Part shown: one piece after another, positions 9,360-19,547 of the stretch
How positions within the stretch are numbered: the stretch's first letter is position 1
Layout: every line of letters begins with the position of its first letter
Virus record (IMG/VR): IMGVR_UViG_3300032167_000069
Length of the DNA: 64,000 bases
Direction: 5' to 3' (one strand)
DNA from: a virus
Lineage: Duplodnaviria > Heunggongvirae > Uroviricota > Caudoviricetes
Made by a program: the position numbers and the translations under genes
The notes under the pieces: generated by a model
Seen by the model: the letters and a program-made list of their open reading frames with translations, nothing else
What the model was told of the DNA's origin: nothing
Database searches by the model: none

Positions 9360-10025
9360 TTATTTTGAAACTGTAGCAGTTTGTAAAGCGTCGCTAAAAA
9401 GCTCTTTTAAAACACGTGGCTCATAAGCTTGTTCGCTAATTTCTTTAAAAGCATTTTCAATACCACCGTTTGCAATATCGGAATAACTCATTCCCAATAC
9501 TGAATTGGCTTTCCATAGCTCATCTTTTAAAAATCTTCTCTTTATTCTTCGTTCTCTTATCATTGCATACAATTTATATCCGTGAGCCGCATCACACTTG
9601 AAAAATTCACAAGCGTGCTCACAATCACACAACTCAGCTTCAATATGATTTAGCTGTGAAGATAGTTTTTCTTTATATGCAATAATCTCTGAAAACGATT
9701 CTGTTATATTTTGTCTCACCTTTTCCCAGTCGAACTCTTCCTCGGATATAGGAGATGAATTATAGACATCAGTTCTAAATCTCTTTTGAGGTTTCGGCTC
9801 GGTCTTTGGCTCTTCCTTAATGTTTTGTTTCGGCTCGTATGAAATAACTTTCCAACCGTCTCTCTTTTTCTTAGACATCTGCGTTGTAAGTATTCTCCAA
9901 GCTTTAGCTGCATCCGGAAATTTTGCTGCTTTTTCAGGCTTGTTTGTTACACTCATTTTTCCCCCGCCCTCATAGCAGACAAATCTGTCTTGTGCCGAAA
10001 CGCTTGCAATAATAAATTCCGCCAT
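9360..10025 (-). CDS. Hypothetical protein
   Basis: ORF of 221 aa. Confidence 0.45.
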   Translation of the reverse strand: MAEFIIASVSAQDRFVCYEGGGKMSVTNKPEKAAKFPDAAKAWRILTTQMSKKKRDGWKVISYEPKQNIKEEPKTEPKPQKRFRTDVYNSSPISEEEFDWEKVRQNITESFSEIIAYKEKLSSQLNHIEAELCDCEHACEFFKCDAAHGYKLYAMIRERRIKRRFLKDELWKANSVLGMSYSDIANGGIENAFKEISEQAYEPRVLKELFSDALQTATVSK

Positions 10026-10123
10026 CGTTCCTCCTATTACTCTTTATAATTGTTTTGATGTATTAAAAAAAGAACAAGGGTGTAAAAAAATCTCCTTGCT
10101 CTTTACAATATTTGTATGTTAAC

Positions 10124-11167
10124 CTACATAGTGAATGCACATTTCCATTTTTCATAATCTGCAAGATACTCACGTTTCATCCTGTTAGATATTGTTGTGA
10201 GCGTTCTTGTTTTAGTGGTTGTGTATTTTTTAATTTTTTCTTTTCTGTCTATCTCAAGTGCAATAATGTTTGAAAAATCCACGGGTAAACCTGCACGTTC
10301 TTGCTCATAAGCTCTATAAAATATACCAGAAAGATAGATGCGTTTATAGGAAATCCTGCTCTTTTGACGGTTTGTGTCTTGTCGATTATCCATGTCATTT
10401 TCTGAGAATTTCTTATTAATTATAGGTCTTATAGTTTTTAAATCAACCGTTGGAGACCTAAATCCACGCATAATTACATTTCCTTCAGCTCTTGGTCTGC
10501 AAGTAACATAATGTGGATGTTCATAATTGAATGCGGTTAGTTTGCAAGCTTTTTCAAAATCTTCCTTGCACTCTTTATAGATTTCATAACTATGTCCTTC
10601 AAAATTAATCTTTAGATTATCTAAATCAACATCGTCTGATGTTACCCTAACCGCATCTTTATCTTCAAGCCCCGCAAAAGCCATCCAAAGGAACACTCTA
10701 TATGTTATATCCACTGTTTCTTTCTCCAATGAATCAAAATTACTTTTTTCATCATCAAGTATAGCTTTTAGATGGAGCGGAGATGCAACCATTTGATTTT
10801 GGATTTTATCTATGGTGTTAATTCTAACATCAAATATACCTTTGCTTACCTCGTATCCATTACGAGCGCACCATTTTACATATTCCTTTAAAATAATTAT
10901 AATTAATTCAGTGCTCTTTTCTCTCACGCCAGTCAATTCATTCACTACCGGCTGTAATACATCGGTTGTCTGTTGGGATAAATCAAGCCCCCATACATTT
11001 TCATATGGTTCAAACCAATTAAACACCTGCGTAATAAATGCTGACGTACTCTTTTTATGGGTATATGATGCCAAAAACTCTCTTTTCACTTTTTCGTTGT
11101 ACATATACAAACACCTCCCCTTAGTTATGCAGCTACAATACAATTCATCTGAACAGCCTTTTCCCAT
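10124..11167 (-). CDS. Hypothetical protein
   Basis: ORF of 347 aa. Confidence 0.45.
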   Translation of the reverse strand: MGKGCSDELYCSCITKGRCLYMYNEKVKREFLASYTHKKSTSAFITQVFNWFEPYENVWGLDLSQQTTDVLQPVVNELTGVREKSTELIIIILKEYVKWCARNGYEVSKGIFDVRINTIDKIQNQMVASPLHLKAILDDEKSNFDSLEKETVDITYRVFLWMAFAGLEDKDAVRVTSDDVDLDNLKINFEGHSYEIYKECKEDFEKACKLTAFNYEHPHYVTCRPRAEGNVIMRGFRSPTVDLKTIRPIINKKFSENDMDNRQDTNRQKSRISYKRIYLSGIFYRAYEQERAGLPVDFSNIIALEIDRKEKIKKYTTTKTRTLTTISNRMKREYLADYEKWKCAFTM

Positions 11168-11562
11168 ACAAGAATTAGCGATTCTTTATCAATAAAAGAT
11201 ATTGCGGATGTTGCAATAAGATTTGCCATTGCAATCTCCTTCATATAACTTTCAGGTAGTGTTGTTATAAATTTACCCACTTTGTCTTTAGACATCTTTT
11301 CTGGATTTTCACAAATAACCATACTGTCACGTCTTAATCCTGTATCCGTAGACCTCACTAATACGTGAGTGGGCATATATAACTTCTTCAGCGATGAAGT
11401 TAAGGGTAATGCTATAATATTCGGGCTATTAACATTACCCACATTATTCTGAAATACGACACCGGGACGCCAGCCCGATTGCTCAGACCCCGTGCCATTA
11501 AAGTACATATTATAAACTTCCCCTATAAGGGGAGCTCTCTCATTATCTTGTGTTTTATACAC
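11125..11562 (-). CDS. MazF/PemK-like endoribonuclease (toxin-like)
   Basis: GSEQSGWRPGVVFQNN...NIIALPLTS matches the MazF/Kid signature (GSEQ.G.RP.vV ... vPiTs). Confidence 0.55.
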   Translation of the reverse strand: MYKTQDNERAPLIGEVYNMYFNGTGSEQSGWRPGVVFQNNVGNVNSPNIIALPLTSSLKKLYMPTHVLVRSTDTGLRRDSMVICENPEKMSKDKVGKFITTLPESYMKEIAMANLIATSAISFIDKESLILVWEKAVQMNCIVAA

Positions 11563-11677
11563 GCTCTCAAACCTCGCTTTAATCTATATAAATCATATTG
11601 ATATATGTATAATAACACAAAATTTGCGTTTTGTCAATACTATTATAAAGAATAATTCAAGATTTTTTGTAAAATTT

Positions 11678-11992
11678 TTATGAACGTGTTAATTTTATTG
11701 TAGTTTCAAGCCCTTTAAGTACTCCGCAAAGCAGTGTATAGGTACACTTCGCCCCATTCTTTTGCCTTGTTATTTTCTTAATTTGACTCAAATTGATATA
11801 ACTATCCCCACTTTTCAATACAATTCTTTCGGGAAAAGTAGTTACAACAATTATTTTATCAGTTTTATAATGCACACAAATGGGTGAGGCACCACATACT
11901 TGTAGAAGAGCGTCAATATCTACAACAAATTCCGATGCTTGAGATACATCGTTTTCAAAATCTTTAAGCGAGATTTCCTCAAATGTACACAT
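11678..11992 (-). CDS. Hypothetical protein; possible partner of the MazF-like gene
   Basis: ORF of 104 aa immediately upstream on the same strand. Confidence 0.35.
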   Translation of the reverse strand: MCTFEEISLKDFENDVSQASEFVVDIDALLQVCGASPICVHYKTDKIIVVTTFPERIVLKSGDSYINLSQIKKITRQKNGAKCTYTLLCGVLKGLETTIKLTRS

Positions 11993-12057
11993 AAAACTCC
12001 TTTCTATTTTTGGGCATAATTATGCACCCCTTAAATTAGGGGTGCATAATCTGCCTA

Positions 12058-12363
12058 TTAATCCTTCAAATTACAATAGATACCGTATGCACATATTCCT
12101 AAAAAGATAATACCGAAAATTGATACTCCTATAATCTTTCCTATATAAATGCCATTTTGATCGCCTATAATACAACCTATCAAATATCCAATACCTTGAA
12201 ATATGAAGTATGCGGCTACAAAAATTGCAATATATTTTATTGAATCTTTTATACCATCTCGAATATGTTTTTCCTCTTTTATTATTTTAAATACAATGCA
12301 CACTATATATATAATTAGAAGAATAAACCATATAGCACTCAGTCCTATCACCGCCTTTAACAC
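12058..12363 (-). CDS. Membrane protein
   Basis: 101 aa, multi-TM, hydrophobic. Confidence 0.4.
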   Translation of the reverse strand: MLKAVIGLSAIWFILLIIYIVCIVFKIIKEEKHIRDGIKDSIKYIAIFVAAYFIFQGIGYLIGCIIGDQNGIYIGKIIGVSIFGIIFLGICAYGIYCNLKD

Positions 12364-12605
12364 ACATTGTTTATACTCTCAGATGCTTGTTCAATACAAT
12401 CTATAGCTTCCTCAAGTCCATCAATTGCGTCTTCCATAGCAGTGTAGCGCTCGCTATTTTGTAAATTTTCTGGAAAATTATCAAGAGCGTCCTGTTCTTC
12501 ATCTTTAACAGCATAAATTATTTGTAATGCCCTTGCAAGTAAAGAATTCGACTCTCTTAAACGTATGCGCCGTTGTTTATTCATCCACTGCGACACCTCC
12601 AGCAA
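12357..12605 (-). CDS. Hypothetical protein
   Basis: ORF of 82 aa. Confidence 0.35.
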   Translation of the reverse strand: MLEVSQWMNKQRRIRLRESNSLLARALQIIYAVKDEEQDALDNFPENLQNSERYTAMEDAIDGLEEAIDCIEQASESINNVC

Positions 12606-12674
12606 TTAGAGGTATAATCCATAATGCCCTCACTTCCGCCGTGAATGCTTTTGCAACTGATTTATATTATTATA

Positions 12675-13439
12675 TCACAAATCTTCGCAATTTTCAAGCA
12701 TTACACGAACTGTTTTCTTAAATTTTCGTAAAACGCTATCATTGCTAACTATTACTGTCAGTTTAGATGGTGTTTTTTCAAGATTGTTTTTACGCATAAA
12801 TCTCGTTTGCAAATTATTCCACGAACAATCCATATTTTCACATACATCATTAAAAGTATCTATGTAACCATAAGAATCGTCGTTATGTTTTATTGCCAAA
12901 GGAATAATGATTTTCATCACGGTCTCTTCTGGCGTTTCTTTAACACACGCAACTTCCTCACCTCCTTCATCAATGATGTCTAATACTTCATCATCAAAGT
13001 AATCAGCCGGAAATAAAGCCATCAATAGCGAATCAAAAATTTCTCTCACTGTATCATCTGCACTAATAGCTTCAAACGCTGACGGATAACGAAGTGTATA
13101 TGTATTATATCTGAAATCTTTACGTAGTTGGTCAAGTACAACTCCGTAAACATCTCTTAATCTTATGTATATCGGTACTAATACCGAGTTGAACGTAGGA
13201 TATGTTTCCCTATCAACTTTCATTAATTCTTTAATCATTTCAGAGGCTCGTCTTCGCCACGCTTCATCAGACATTCTCTTTGGGTTGTTATTAAATTCAC
13301 CTGTTTTGACGATGTAACCTGCATACTTCTTTAAATTTACGATGGTATTTTCAAGCCCTCGAAGCTGTTTTTGAGCCTCTTCATATTGAGCATCAAGCTC
13401 TTTAAGTCGCTTGTTTATCAAGTCTATATTACTCATCAA
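12675..13439 (-). CDS. Hypothetical protein
   Basis: ORF of 254 aa. Confidence 0.45.
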   Translation of the reverse strand: MMSNIDLINKRLKELDAQYEEAQKQLRGLENTIVNLKKYAGYIVKTGEFNNNPKRMSDEAWRRRASEMIKELMKVDRETYPTFNSVLVPIYIRLRDVYGVVLDQLRKDFRYNTYTLRYPSAFEAISADDTVREIFDSLLMALFPADYFDDEVLDIIDEGGEEVACVKETPEETVMKIIIPLAIKHNDDSYGYIDTFNDVCENMDCSWNNLQTRFMRKNNLEKTPSKLTVIVSNDSVLRKFKKTVRVMLENCEDL

Positions 13440-13451
13440 ATCGCCTCCTGA

Positions 13452-14606
13452 TTAAATTTCTCTTAACACCTTTATGCAACCAACAATTATTTTTGCAGCC
13501 TTACGCATATTATCAATAGTGTCCTTTTCAGAAAATGAGATACGAATACTTTCTCTTGCACTCTCATCTGTATATCCTAAAGCTTTCAATACGTGGCTTG
13601 ATTTCATTGAATGAGATGAGCAAGCAGAGCCAGCAGAAACGCATACTCCTGCATTACTCAACATTAATACTAAGGTGTTCGCATCTATTCCCTCAAATCT
13701 AATATTCAAAATTTTAGGAGAATGTGTCGGAGATGCAGAATTTATGCGAATTTTTATATCGTTTTTATTACACAATTCATATAAACTATTCATAAATTCT
13801 GAATTTAAACTGTCTAATTTTTGAACTGCATAATTGATATTCGCATTTGCATAATATGTCGCCATTCCAAACGCAGCAATATATGCAACGTTTTCTGTTC
13901 CGGGACGCAAACCATACTCTTGTTCTCCGCCAAAAATAACATTAGATAAAAACTGCTTGTGTTTTGTGCACAAGCACCCTATGCCTTTTGGAGCATATAT
14001 TTTATGACCTGAGATGGAAACTAAATCTGCCATCTCGCTCATATTAATTGGATTAACACCAGCAGCTTGTACACAGTCAGAATGAAATAATATCTCTCTT
14101 TCTTGACAGAATTTATAAATTGACTTCACATCATTAACTGCACCTATCTCATTATTCACATACATAATTGACACTAAGCCCGTATCGTTTCTTACATTTG
14201 AAACAAAATCATCATATGAAACCATACCACTACTTACGTCCAAGTATGTAACCTCAAATCCTCTGTGCTCCATTTCCTTCATAGCATTTAATACAGAATG
14301 ATGTTCATATTTAGATGTAATAATGTGTTTCAAATTCAAATCAGATAAATGTTTAGAAAGTCCGAGTATAGCCATTGTGTTTGCTTCGGAGCCAGATGAT
14401 GTAAATATGATATTGTCAGGTTCAGTGTTTACAAAAGAAGCAACTTGTCTTCTGGCACTATCAATCGCATCTTTTGATTTTTTTCCCATAAAATGAGGAC
14501 TTCCTGCATTTCCAAAGCTTGAATAAAGATATTCGTCAATAATATCCCTAACCTTTTCAGATACTTGTGTGGTCGAAGCGTTATCAAGATATATCATTGT
14601 TATCAC
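13452..14606 (-). CDS. Class V aminotransferase / cysteine desulfurase (NifS/IscS-like)
   Basis: SGHKIYAPKG carries the PLP-binding lysine. Size and fold are typical of the class. Confidence 0.6.
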   Translation of the reverse strand: MITMIYLDNASTTQVSEKVRDIIDEYLYSSFGNAGSPHFMGKKSKDAIDSARRQVASFVNTEPDNIIFTSSGSEANTMAILGLSKHLSDLNLKHIITSKYEHHSVLNAMKEMEHRGFEVTYLDVSSGMVSYDDFVSNVRNDTGLVSIMYVNNEIGAVNDVKSIYKFCQEREILFHSDCVQAAGVNPINMSEMADLVSISGHKIYAPKGIGCLCTKHKQFLSNVIFGGEQEYGLRPGTENVAYIAAFGMATYYANANINYAVQKLDSLNSEFMNSLYELCNKNDIKIRINSASPTHSPKILNIRFEGIDANTLVLMLSNAGVCVSAGSACSSHSMKSSHVLKALGYTDESARESIRISFSEKDTIDNMRKAAKIIVGCIKVLREI

Positions 14607-14614
14607 CTCTCCAA

Positions 14615-15271
14615 TTAGATGTGGCAGTCAACGATAGATAACTCCCATTCTGGATTTGCATTTTTAATAAATCTCTCTGCAAACTTTTCTTTCCATTCTT
14701 CGTACTCATCGTCGGTTTCAGAACTCATTCCCCACCAACCCATATTTCCGGGTGCGTGCCATTGTCCGTTTGGTGTCAATACGGCATATGTACGAAAATC
14801 TTCCATCTTATCAAAATCAATATCTTTAACTTTTGCAGAATTTGCCGTATCTCCATTTTTTAATAGCAAAAGATTGCCCCATCTTCCGCCAATATCATAC
14901 CAGTCCCATTTAGAATTTGGATTATAAGATGAAAATAAAGCTCCATCTTCACGAATATTTTCAGGTTCTTCATACTTAATTGCTTCCTGATAAAATTCCT
15001 CGTCTCCCCAATCAAACCTTTTGGGAAACTCTTCTGATATATACTTTATATGTTCAGGCATTCTTGTGTTTCGTATGTATTCTGCTGGATTTTTCAAATA
15101 CAGAGCATATGTAGTATCTCTATATTGTTCAAAACGCTTACGCTCTCTGCTAATTAACTCCTTTTTTGACGTATAATGTGGAACCTCAAGTCCTTCATCA
15201 TATGGAGCTAAGAGTTCTTCTATACTTTTTCCATTTTGCTCAGTAAAAACTGCAACTGTAAAATGACTCAT
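14615..15271 (-). CDS. Hypothetical protein
   Basis: ORF of 218 aa. Confidence 0.45.
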   Translation of the reverse strand: MSHFTVAVFTEQNGKSIEELLAPYDEGLEVPHYTSKKELISRERKRFEQYRDTTYALYLKNPAEYIRNTRMPEHIKYISEEFPKRFDWGDEEFYQEAIKYEEPENIREDGALFSSYNPNSKWDWYDIGGRWGNLLLLKNGDTANSAKVKDIDFDKMEDFRTYAVLTPNGQWHAPGNMGWWGMSSETDDEYEEWKEKFAERFIKNANPEWELSIVDCHI

Positions 15272-15274
15272 TGT

Positions 15275-15997
15275 TTACACCTCTTCCTTATCTTCATCAT
15301 AAAACCCATAAACTTTTCCATCATCAAGACAATACAGGGCTATAAAATTGCTTGCAGCGGTTCCGCAATCCAAATCTAATTTGTGACCATTATTATATAG
15401 ATATAAAGCCTTTCTATTATAATTTTCACATTTTAGATAATCTCCTGCTATTCCGCAATCAAATAAATGCCGACCAGAAGTGTGACCATGCACTAATATG
15501 ATATTTTCAGGAATTTCATCATCAACATAAAAGTGTTCTCTGTCCCACAAATAATCCCTAATTGCTTCTGGAGCACTATACGAAAATCCAGCATGGCTCA
15601 TTATGTATTTAACACCATTTTGATTAGTGTATGTGGCGGTTAATGGAAGATTATCAATTTCTTTTATCAGAGCAATTGGCGGACTATCGCTTTTAAACTC
15701 CTCAAAAGTTGTATAACCACCATTTTGAAACCAACATCGCATATAACTTCCATCCTGAGTTAAAACAGTTGTCGCAAATAAATCTTCGTGATTTCCTTTT
15801 AAATATATAAATTTGTTATCGCTCAAAATTTCTTTAATTATCGTATAGCCTCTTTTTCCACGATCTGCACAATCTCCTAAAACATAGCAGATGTCTTCTG
15901 GTTTTAAAAATGTTTTTATTTGCTTAAACAAGTTATAGTTCCCGTGTATGTCTGAAAAAGCATAACACTTTCCCATTTTTATCACCTCAAAATTCAA
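15275..15997 (-). CDS. Metallophosphoesterase (protein phosphatase / ApaH-like)
   Basis: DIHGN, GDCADRG and GNHE motifs. Confidence 0.6.
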   Translation of the reverse strand: MNFEVIKMGKCYAFSDIHGNYNLFKQIKTFLKPEDICYVLGDCADRGKRGYTIIKEILSDNKFIYLKGNHEDLFATTVLTQDGSYMRCWFQNGGYTTFEEFKSDSPPIALIKEIDNLPLTATYTNQNGVKYIMSHAGFSYSAPEAIRDYLWDREHFYVDDEIPENIILVHGHTSGRHLFDCGIAGDYLKCENYNRKALYLYNNGHKLDLDCGTAASNFIALYCLDDGKVYGFYDEDKEEV

Positions 15998-16715
15998 ACA
16001 CAGGCATTAGTTCAAGTTTAAATTTGTTTTTTTCGTGAAGATAATCAATGCGTTTTCTTGTTTCATCATCTTCACATACTCCTTCACGAATATATTTATC
16101 AAGAACGTCATAGGTAAATCCGAGATTATCTTCATCCGTTTTTTGACATAATCCATCCGAAGGAACTTTATCGACAAGATTGTCTGGCAGTCCTAATTCT
16201 TTGCCTATTTGTTTAACTTCACTCACGGTTAATTTGCCTAATAGTGAGACATCCCCAACACTGTCACCGTATCTTGTAGAATATCCAACCCAATCTTCAG
16301 ATAAGTTACAAGTGTTTATAACTCTACCATTTACCGACTGAGATACAGCGTATAATACGGACATACGGATTCTTGGGGGTAGGTTAATCGTTGCCTGTTC
16401 TGAAACAGCAATACCACTATGTTCTAATTGATTGTGAATCCCTGCCACAGCCACAGAAATAGGTATGGTAAAACTTTTGATGTCAAGATGCTCAACGAGC
16501 TGATAACTATCTTCAATATCATCCTGTTTTAGATTTGGCATAAGAACGCCTATAACTCTGTCTTTTCCTAATGCTTCAACACATAATGCAGCACATATCG
16601 AACTATCTTTTCCACCTGAAATTCCGATAACCGCATTACAACCCTTTCCGTTTTCTTCAAACCATTTTCTAATCCAATTAATTAAATCGCTTTTTACTGC
16701 TTTTGCGTCAAACAT
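15987..16715 (-). CDS. nadE: NH3-dependent NAD+ synthetase
   Basis: SGGKDSS is the PP-loop ATP pyrophosphatase motif. Overall length fits NadE. Confidence 0.6.
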   Translation of the reverse strand: MFDAKAVKSDLINWIRKWFEENGKGCNAVIGISGGKDSSICAALCVEALGKDRVIGVLMPNLKQDDIEDSYQLVEHLDIKSFTIPISVAVAGIHNQLEHSGIAVSEQATINLPPRIRMSVLYAVSQSVNGRVINTCNLSEDWVGYSTRYGDSVGDVSLLGKLTVSEVKQIGKELGLPDNLVDKVPSDGLCQKTDEDNLGFTYDVLDKYIREGVCEDDETRKRIDYLHEKNKFKLELMPVFEF

Positions 16716-16725
16716 TCACTCTCTC

Positions 16726-18036
16726 CTATTCGTAATTTACTTCATTTTTGTCTGTTCTTAATGCAACAAATACTGGGAACTGCAAACTTTCTGCATTTGT
16801 CCTCTTATCTGTTGATATTTCCTTATATTTAACTTCGCACAACATTCCGATTAAGTCATCCTTTTGCTTCCAATACAGTTGTCGTTGTTCGTCTGAAAAA
16901 CCAGAGCCCACCTTTACCTCGTTTCCTTTGTAATCGAGAACAAGAGCCCCCAACGTGCCTGATAACCTGCCTCCGCCCTCTTCATATCCGATGATTGGCA
17001 AGTCCATAGTATAAAACCGTTTAACTTTTAATATGCCATTATGCCTACAGCACTTATACGGAACATCAAGATTAACCATCAACCCTTCTTTATCCTCTTC
17101 TACCATTTTGTTGAGATAATAATTAATCTTTTCCACATTGCTCCCGCTATATAATACTGGTAGCACTTTTACATCATCACCCAATCGGTGAAGGCGAGAT
17201 ATTTTCATCAAATGTGCTCTTCTAAGAGAATAATTCAACGTTCCTTTATTTGAGCAAAACTCGTCTGTTGGGATTACATCAAACATTGTAAAACAGATAT
17301 CAGATTTATCACCATCGGAGTTAATTATTCCTGTGGCAACTCTAAATGCTTCATTGTCGCTTAATTCTCCCTTGTTTTTTAATGTAAGTTCTCCATCATA
17401 AACCATATCGCCATCAAGACTTTTTAATACCCTGATGATATGATCGAGTCCCTCAAATGGCATTCCGCTTCTTGCAATAAGTTCACCGTTATAGTATGTT
17501 GCTCTCACACCATTTAGTTTCTGAGTAAGAGTAAACCAAGCACCGTCTTTAATCGGATATTTTTCTATTGGGTATGCTTGTTGAACTTCCCATTCCGGAA
17601 TTAAATCAGGAATTACCTTATTAACAGTTTTCGCAGTAATCCCAAGTTTCAAAGACTTGGAGAGAATTTTTATATAAAACACTCTTTCATCTTCTGTGCA
17701 TTTCTTAAATAAGAAAGAATGGATTAACTCTATGAGTGCACTATTCACACTTTTAAGTTTTGATAAATGATCACATAATTCAAAAATATCATCAAACGCA
17801 TCAACCTTACGTTCTACGACTGGACTTACAACTAATTTTTTGGCTATTTCTTTTGAAATGTTATATGTAAGCAGTGGATTTAATGTATAAAAGAGTAGTT
17901 TTATAAACATTTCATTATCTTTGTTGTTTGCGATAATTTCTTGTTTTTTAAGCATTCCTCTTGTGTCTTTCAGCTTATTGATTTGCTCAATAGCCTCTAA
18001 CATCTTTTGCATCAAATCACCCCTTATCGCATTCAT
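16726..18036 (-). CDS. ATP-dependent DNA ligase
   Basis: KLNGVRA is motif I (KxDG/NGxR); the 436-aa ORF is nucleotidyltransferase plus OB sized. Confidence 0.6.
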   Translation of the reverse strand: MNAIRGDLMQKMLEAIEQINKLKDTRGMLKKQEIIANNKDNEMFIKLLFYTLNPLLTYNISKEIAKKLVVSPVVERKVDAFDDIFELCDHLSKLKSVNSALIELIHSFLFKKCTEDERVFYIKILSKSLKLGITAKTVNKVIPDLIPEWEVQQAYPIEKYPIKDGAWFTLTQKLNGVRATYYNGELIARSGMPFEGLDHIIRVLKSLDGDMVYDGELTLKNKGELSDNEAFRVATGIINSDGDKSDICFTMFDVIPTDEFCSNKGTLNYSLRRAHLMKISRLHRLGDDVKVLPVLYSGSNVEKINYYLNKMVEEDKEGLMVNLDVPYKCCRHNGILKVKRFYTMDLPIIGYEEGGGRLSGTLGALVLDYKGNEVKVGSGFSDEQRQLYWKQKDDLIGMLCEVKYKEISTDKRTNAESLQFPVFVALRTDKNEVNYE

Positions 18037-18466
18037 ATATTGTTACATCACAATCAGTTAAAGTTTCCTCAATCATTTTAGAAACAACAGCCCAATCTCC
18101 GCCACCTCTGCAACAACCCATACGATATGGAATCGCAATACTTCTTCCATAGCATTCTTTGTTGATAGTTGCCAAACATTGACGCAGGGCTTCGTAGTCT
18201 GTGTATTGGGCACCGTCATACCCATAGTCTTTTTGCGAAAAAATATTTACGACACTTCTTCTCTCATCAATAAATACACGAAGTATTCTTCCGAAGAGAT
18301 ATTCGCCACCACGTTTGTTATATATGTTTTTGTATGCACCATACACCCAAGGATACTTTTCTCTTACTTGCTTTGCAACACCAGAGTTCATTTTTCCACG
18401 ACAATTTACTTGATGTAAGATTACATCTTCTTCGCTTTCAAAAATATCACCTTTGATATGCTTCAT
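18017..18466 (-). CDS. Macro domain protein (ADP-ribose binding/processing)
   Basis: GDIFESEEDVILHQVNCRGKMNSGVA follows the macro-domain N-terminal pattern. Confidence 0.55.
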   Translation of the reverse strand: MKHIKGDIFESEEDVILHQVNCRGKMNSGVAKQVREKYPWVYGAYKNIYNKRGGEYLFGRILRVFIDERRSVVNIFSQKDYGYDGAQYTDYEALRQCLATINKECYGRSIAIPYRMGCCRGGGDWAVVSKMIEETLTDCDVTIYECDKG

Positions 18467-18475
18467 ATTCTTACC

Positions 18476-19348
18476 TCACTCAAAATTTATTAGTGTTTCA
18501 ATATAATCTCTTTCCTCGCCCTTAAAAATAGGTATATCATTGTCGATAACCCAATGAGCTCTCTCTCCATTTTCTCCAATAGTATTCTCTGGCTTTCTTA
18601 TACAACAACTACCCCTTTTCTTATGAACAGGTAAATCGTTCCAATTTATACCCTTTTGTTCCATAAGCATATCCTGTATGTTACTACAGGTTTTATTATG
18701 TAATTCATTGTGCGAAAAATATGCTTGTCCTAACATTTGAATGCTATTTCGTGAAGCGTCGAGTTGTCTCCAGTAAATAAGATTTGTCACTTCTTCTTTT
18801 GGTATATTGAAGCAACGTGCATCGAACATAGCACCTTTGAGTATTGCTCCTCGTAAAACACTCATATAATCATTGTGACGTTGTTGCATCTCAACACTTT
18901 GAGGAGTTAAGCCGTTTTTCCAGTTCAAATCATATTCTCTTACATTATCTACAAAGAACTTATTAAATGCCATAGTTGCCATGCTTGCGGAGATACTGCA
19001 CATTTTCTGAACCTCATAATCAAACCAAGCATTTGTAGTTAATTTTTTATAATCGACCAATATTAAAGTTATCTCATCGGATTGAGTATAACCCAAAACA
19101 CAACCCTGTATATGCTCACACAGATATTGCATTGTTTCCTGCATCGACTTAATCAAAATATCATCAAATGGCTTAGCAAAGCCTCTTGTAAATGTGTGAA
19201 ACGCTTTGCCGTCAATTCTTATTGCAACTGGTGTGCGTCTCATTAATTTTGTTTTTGGAATTGTCTCATAAAATTCTTTCATTCGACATCCAAGTTCGTC
19301 GTGTACTGGCATATGTATCCTCCTTTTACGGAATAATATAATCAACAA
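18476..19348 (-). CDS. Thg1-like protein (tRNA-His guanylyltransferase family, 3'-5' polymerase)
   Basis: VAIRIDGKAFHTFTRGF matches the Thg1 signature (RIDGRxFH.F). Confidence 0.55.
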   Translation of the reverse strand: MLIILFRKRRIHMPVHDELGCRMKEFYETIPKTKLMRRTPVAIRIDGKAFHTFTRGFAKPFDDILIKSMQETMQYLCEHIQGCVLGYTQSDEITLILVDYKKLTTNAWFDYEVQKMCSISASMATMAFNKFFVDNVREYDLNWKNGLTPQSVEMQQRHNDYMSVLRGAILKGAMFDARCFNIPKEEVTNLIYWRQLDASRNSIQMLGQAYFSHNELHNKTCSNIQDMLMEQKGINWNDLPVHKKRGSCCIRKPENTIGENGERAHWVIDNDIPIFKGEERDYIETLINFE

Positions 19349-19526
19349 CTGAATTATCGGCTACAGGACAGATAATCTCTTCGCTATAATCTTCGTAAAC
19401 AGATCGTTCAGCAAGCTGCCTTGCTTGTGAGGGGGTGGTTTGACTCAACCAATCTTGCACAGCTTCTTCAGACTTACCTTCAACAAATAATTCAACTGTG
19501 TATGATAATTTTACTTTATACTTCAT
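19326..19526 (-). CDS. Hypothetical protein
   Basis: ORF of 66 aa. Confidence 0.3.
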   Translation of the reverse strand: MKYKVKLSYTVELFVEGKSEEAVQDWLSQTTPSQARQLAERSVYEDYSEEIICPVADNSVVDYIIP

Positions 19527-19547
19527 AACTTTTACCTCGTCCTTATA

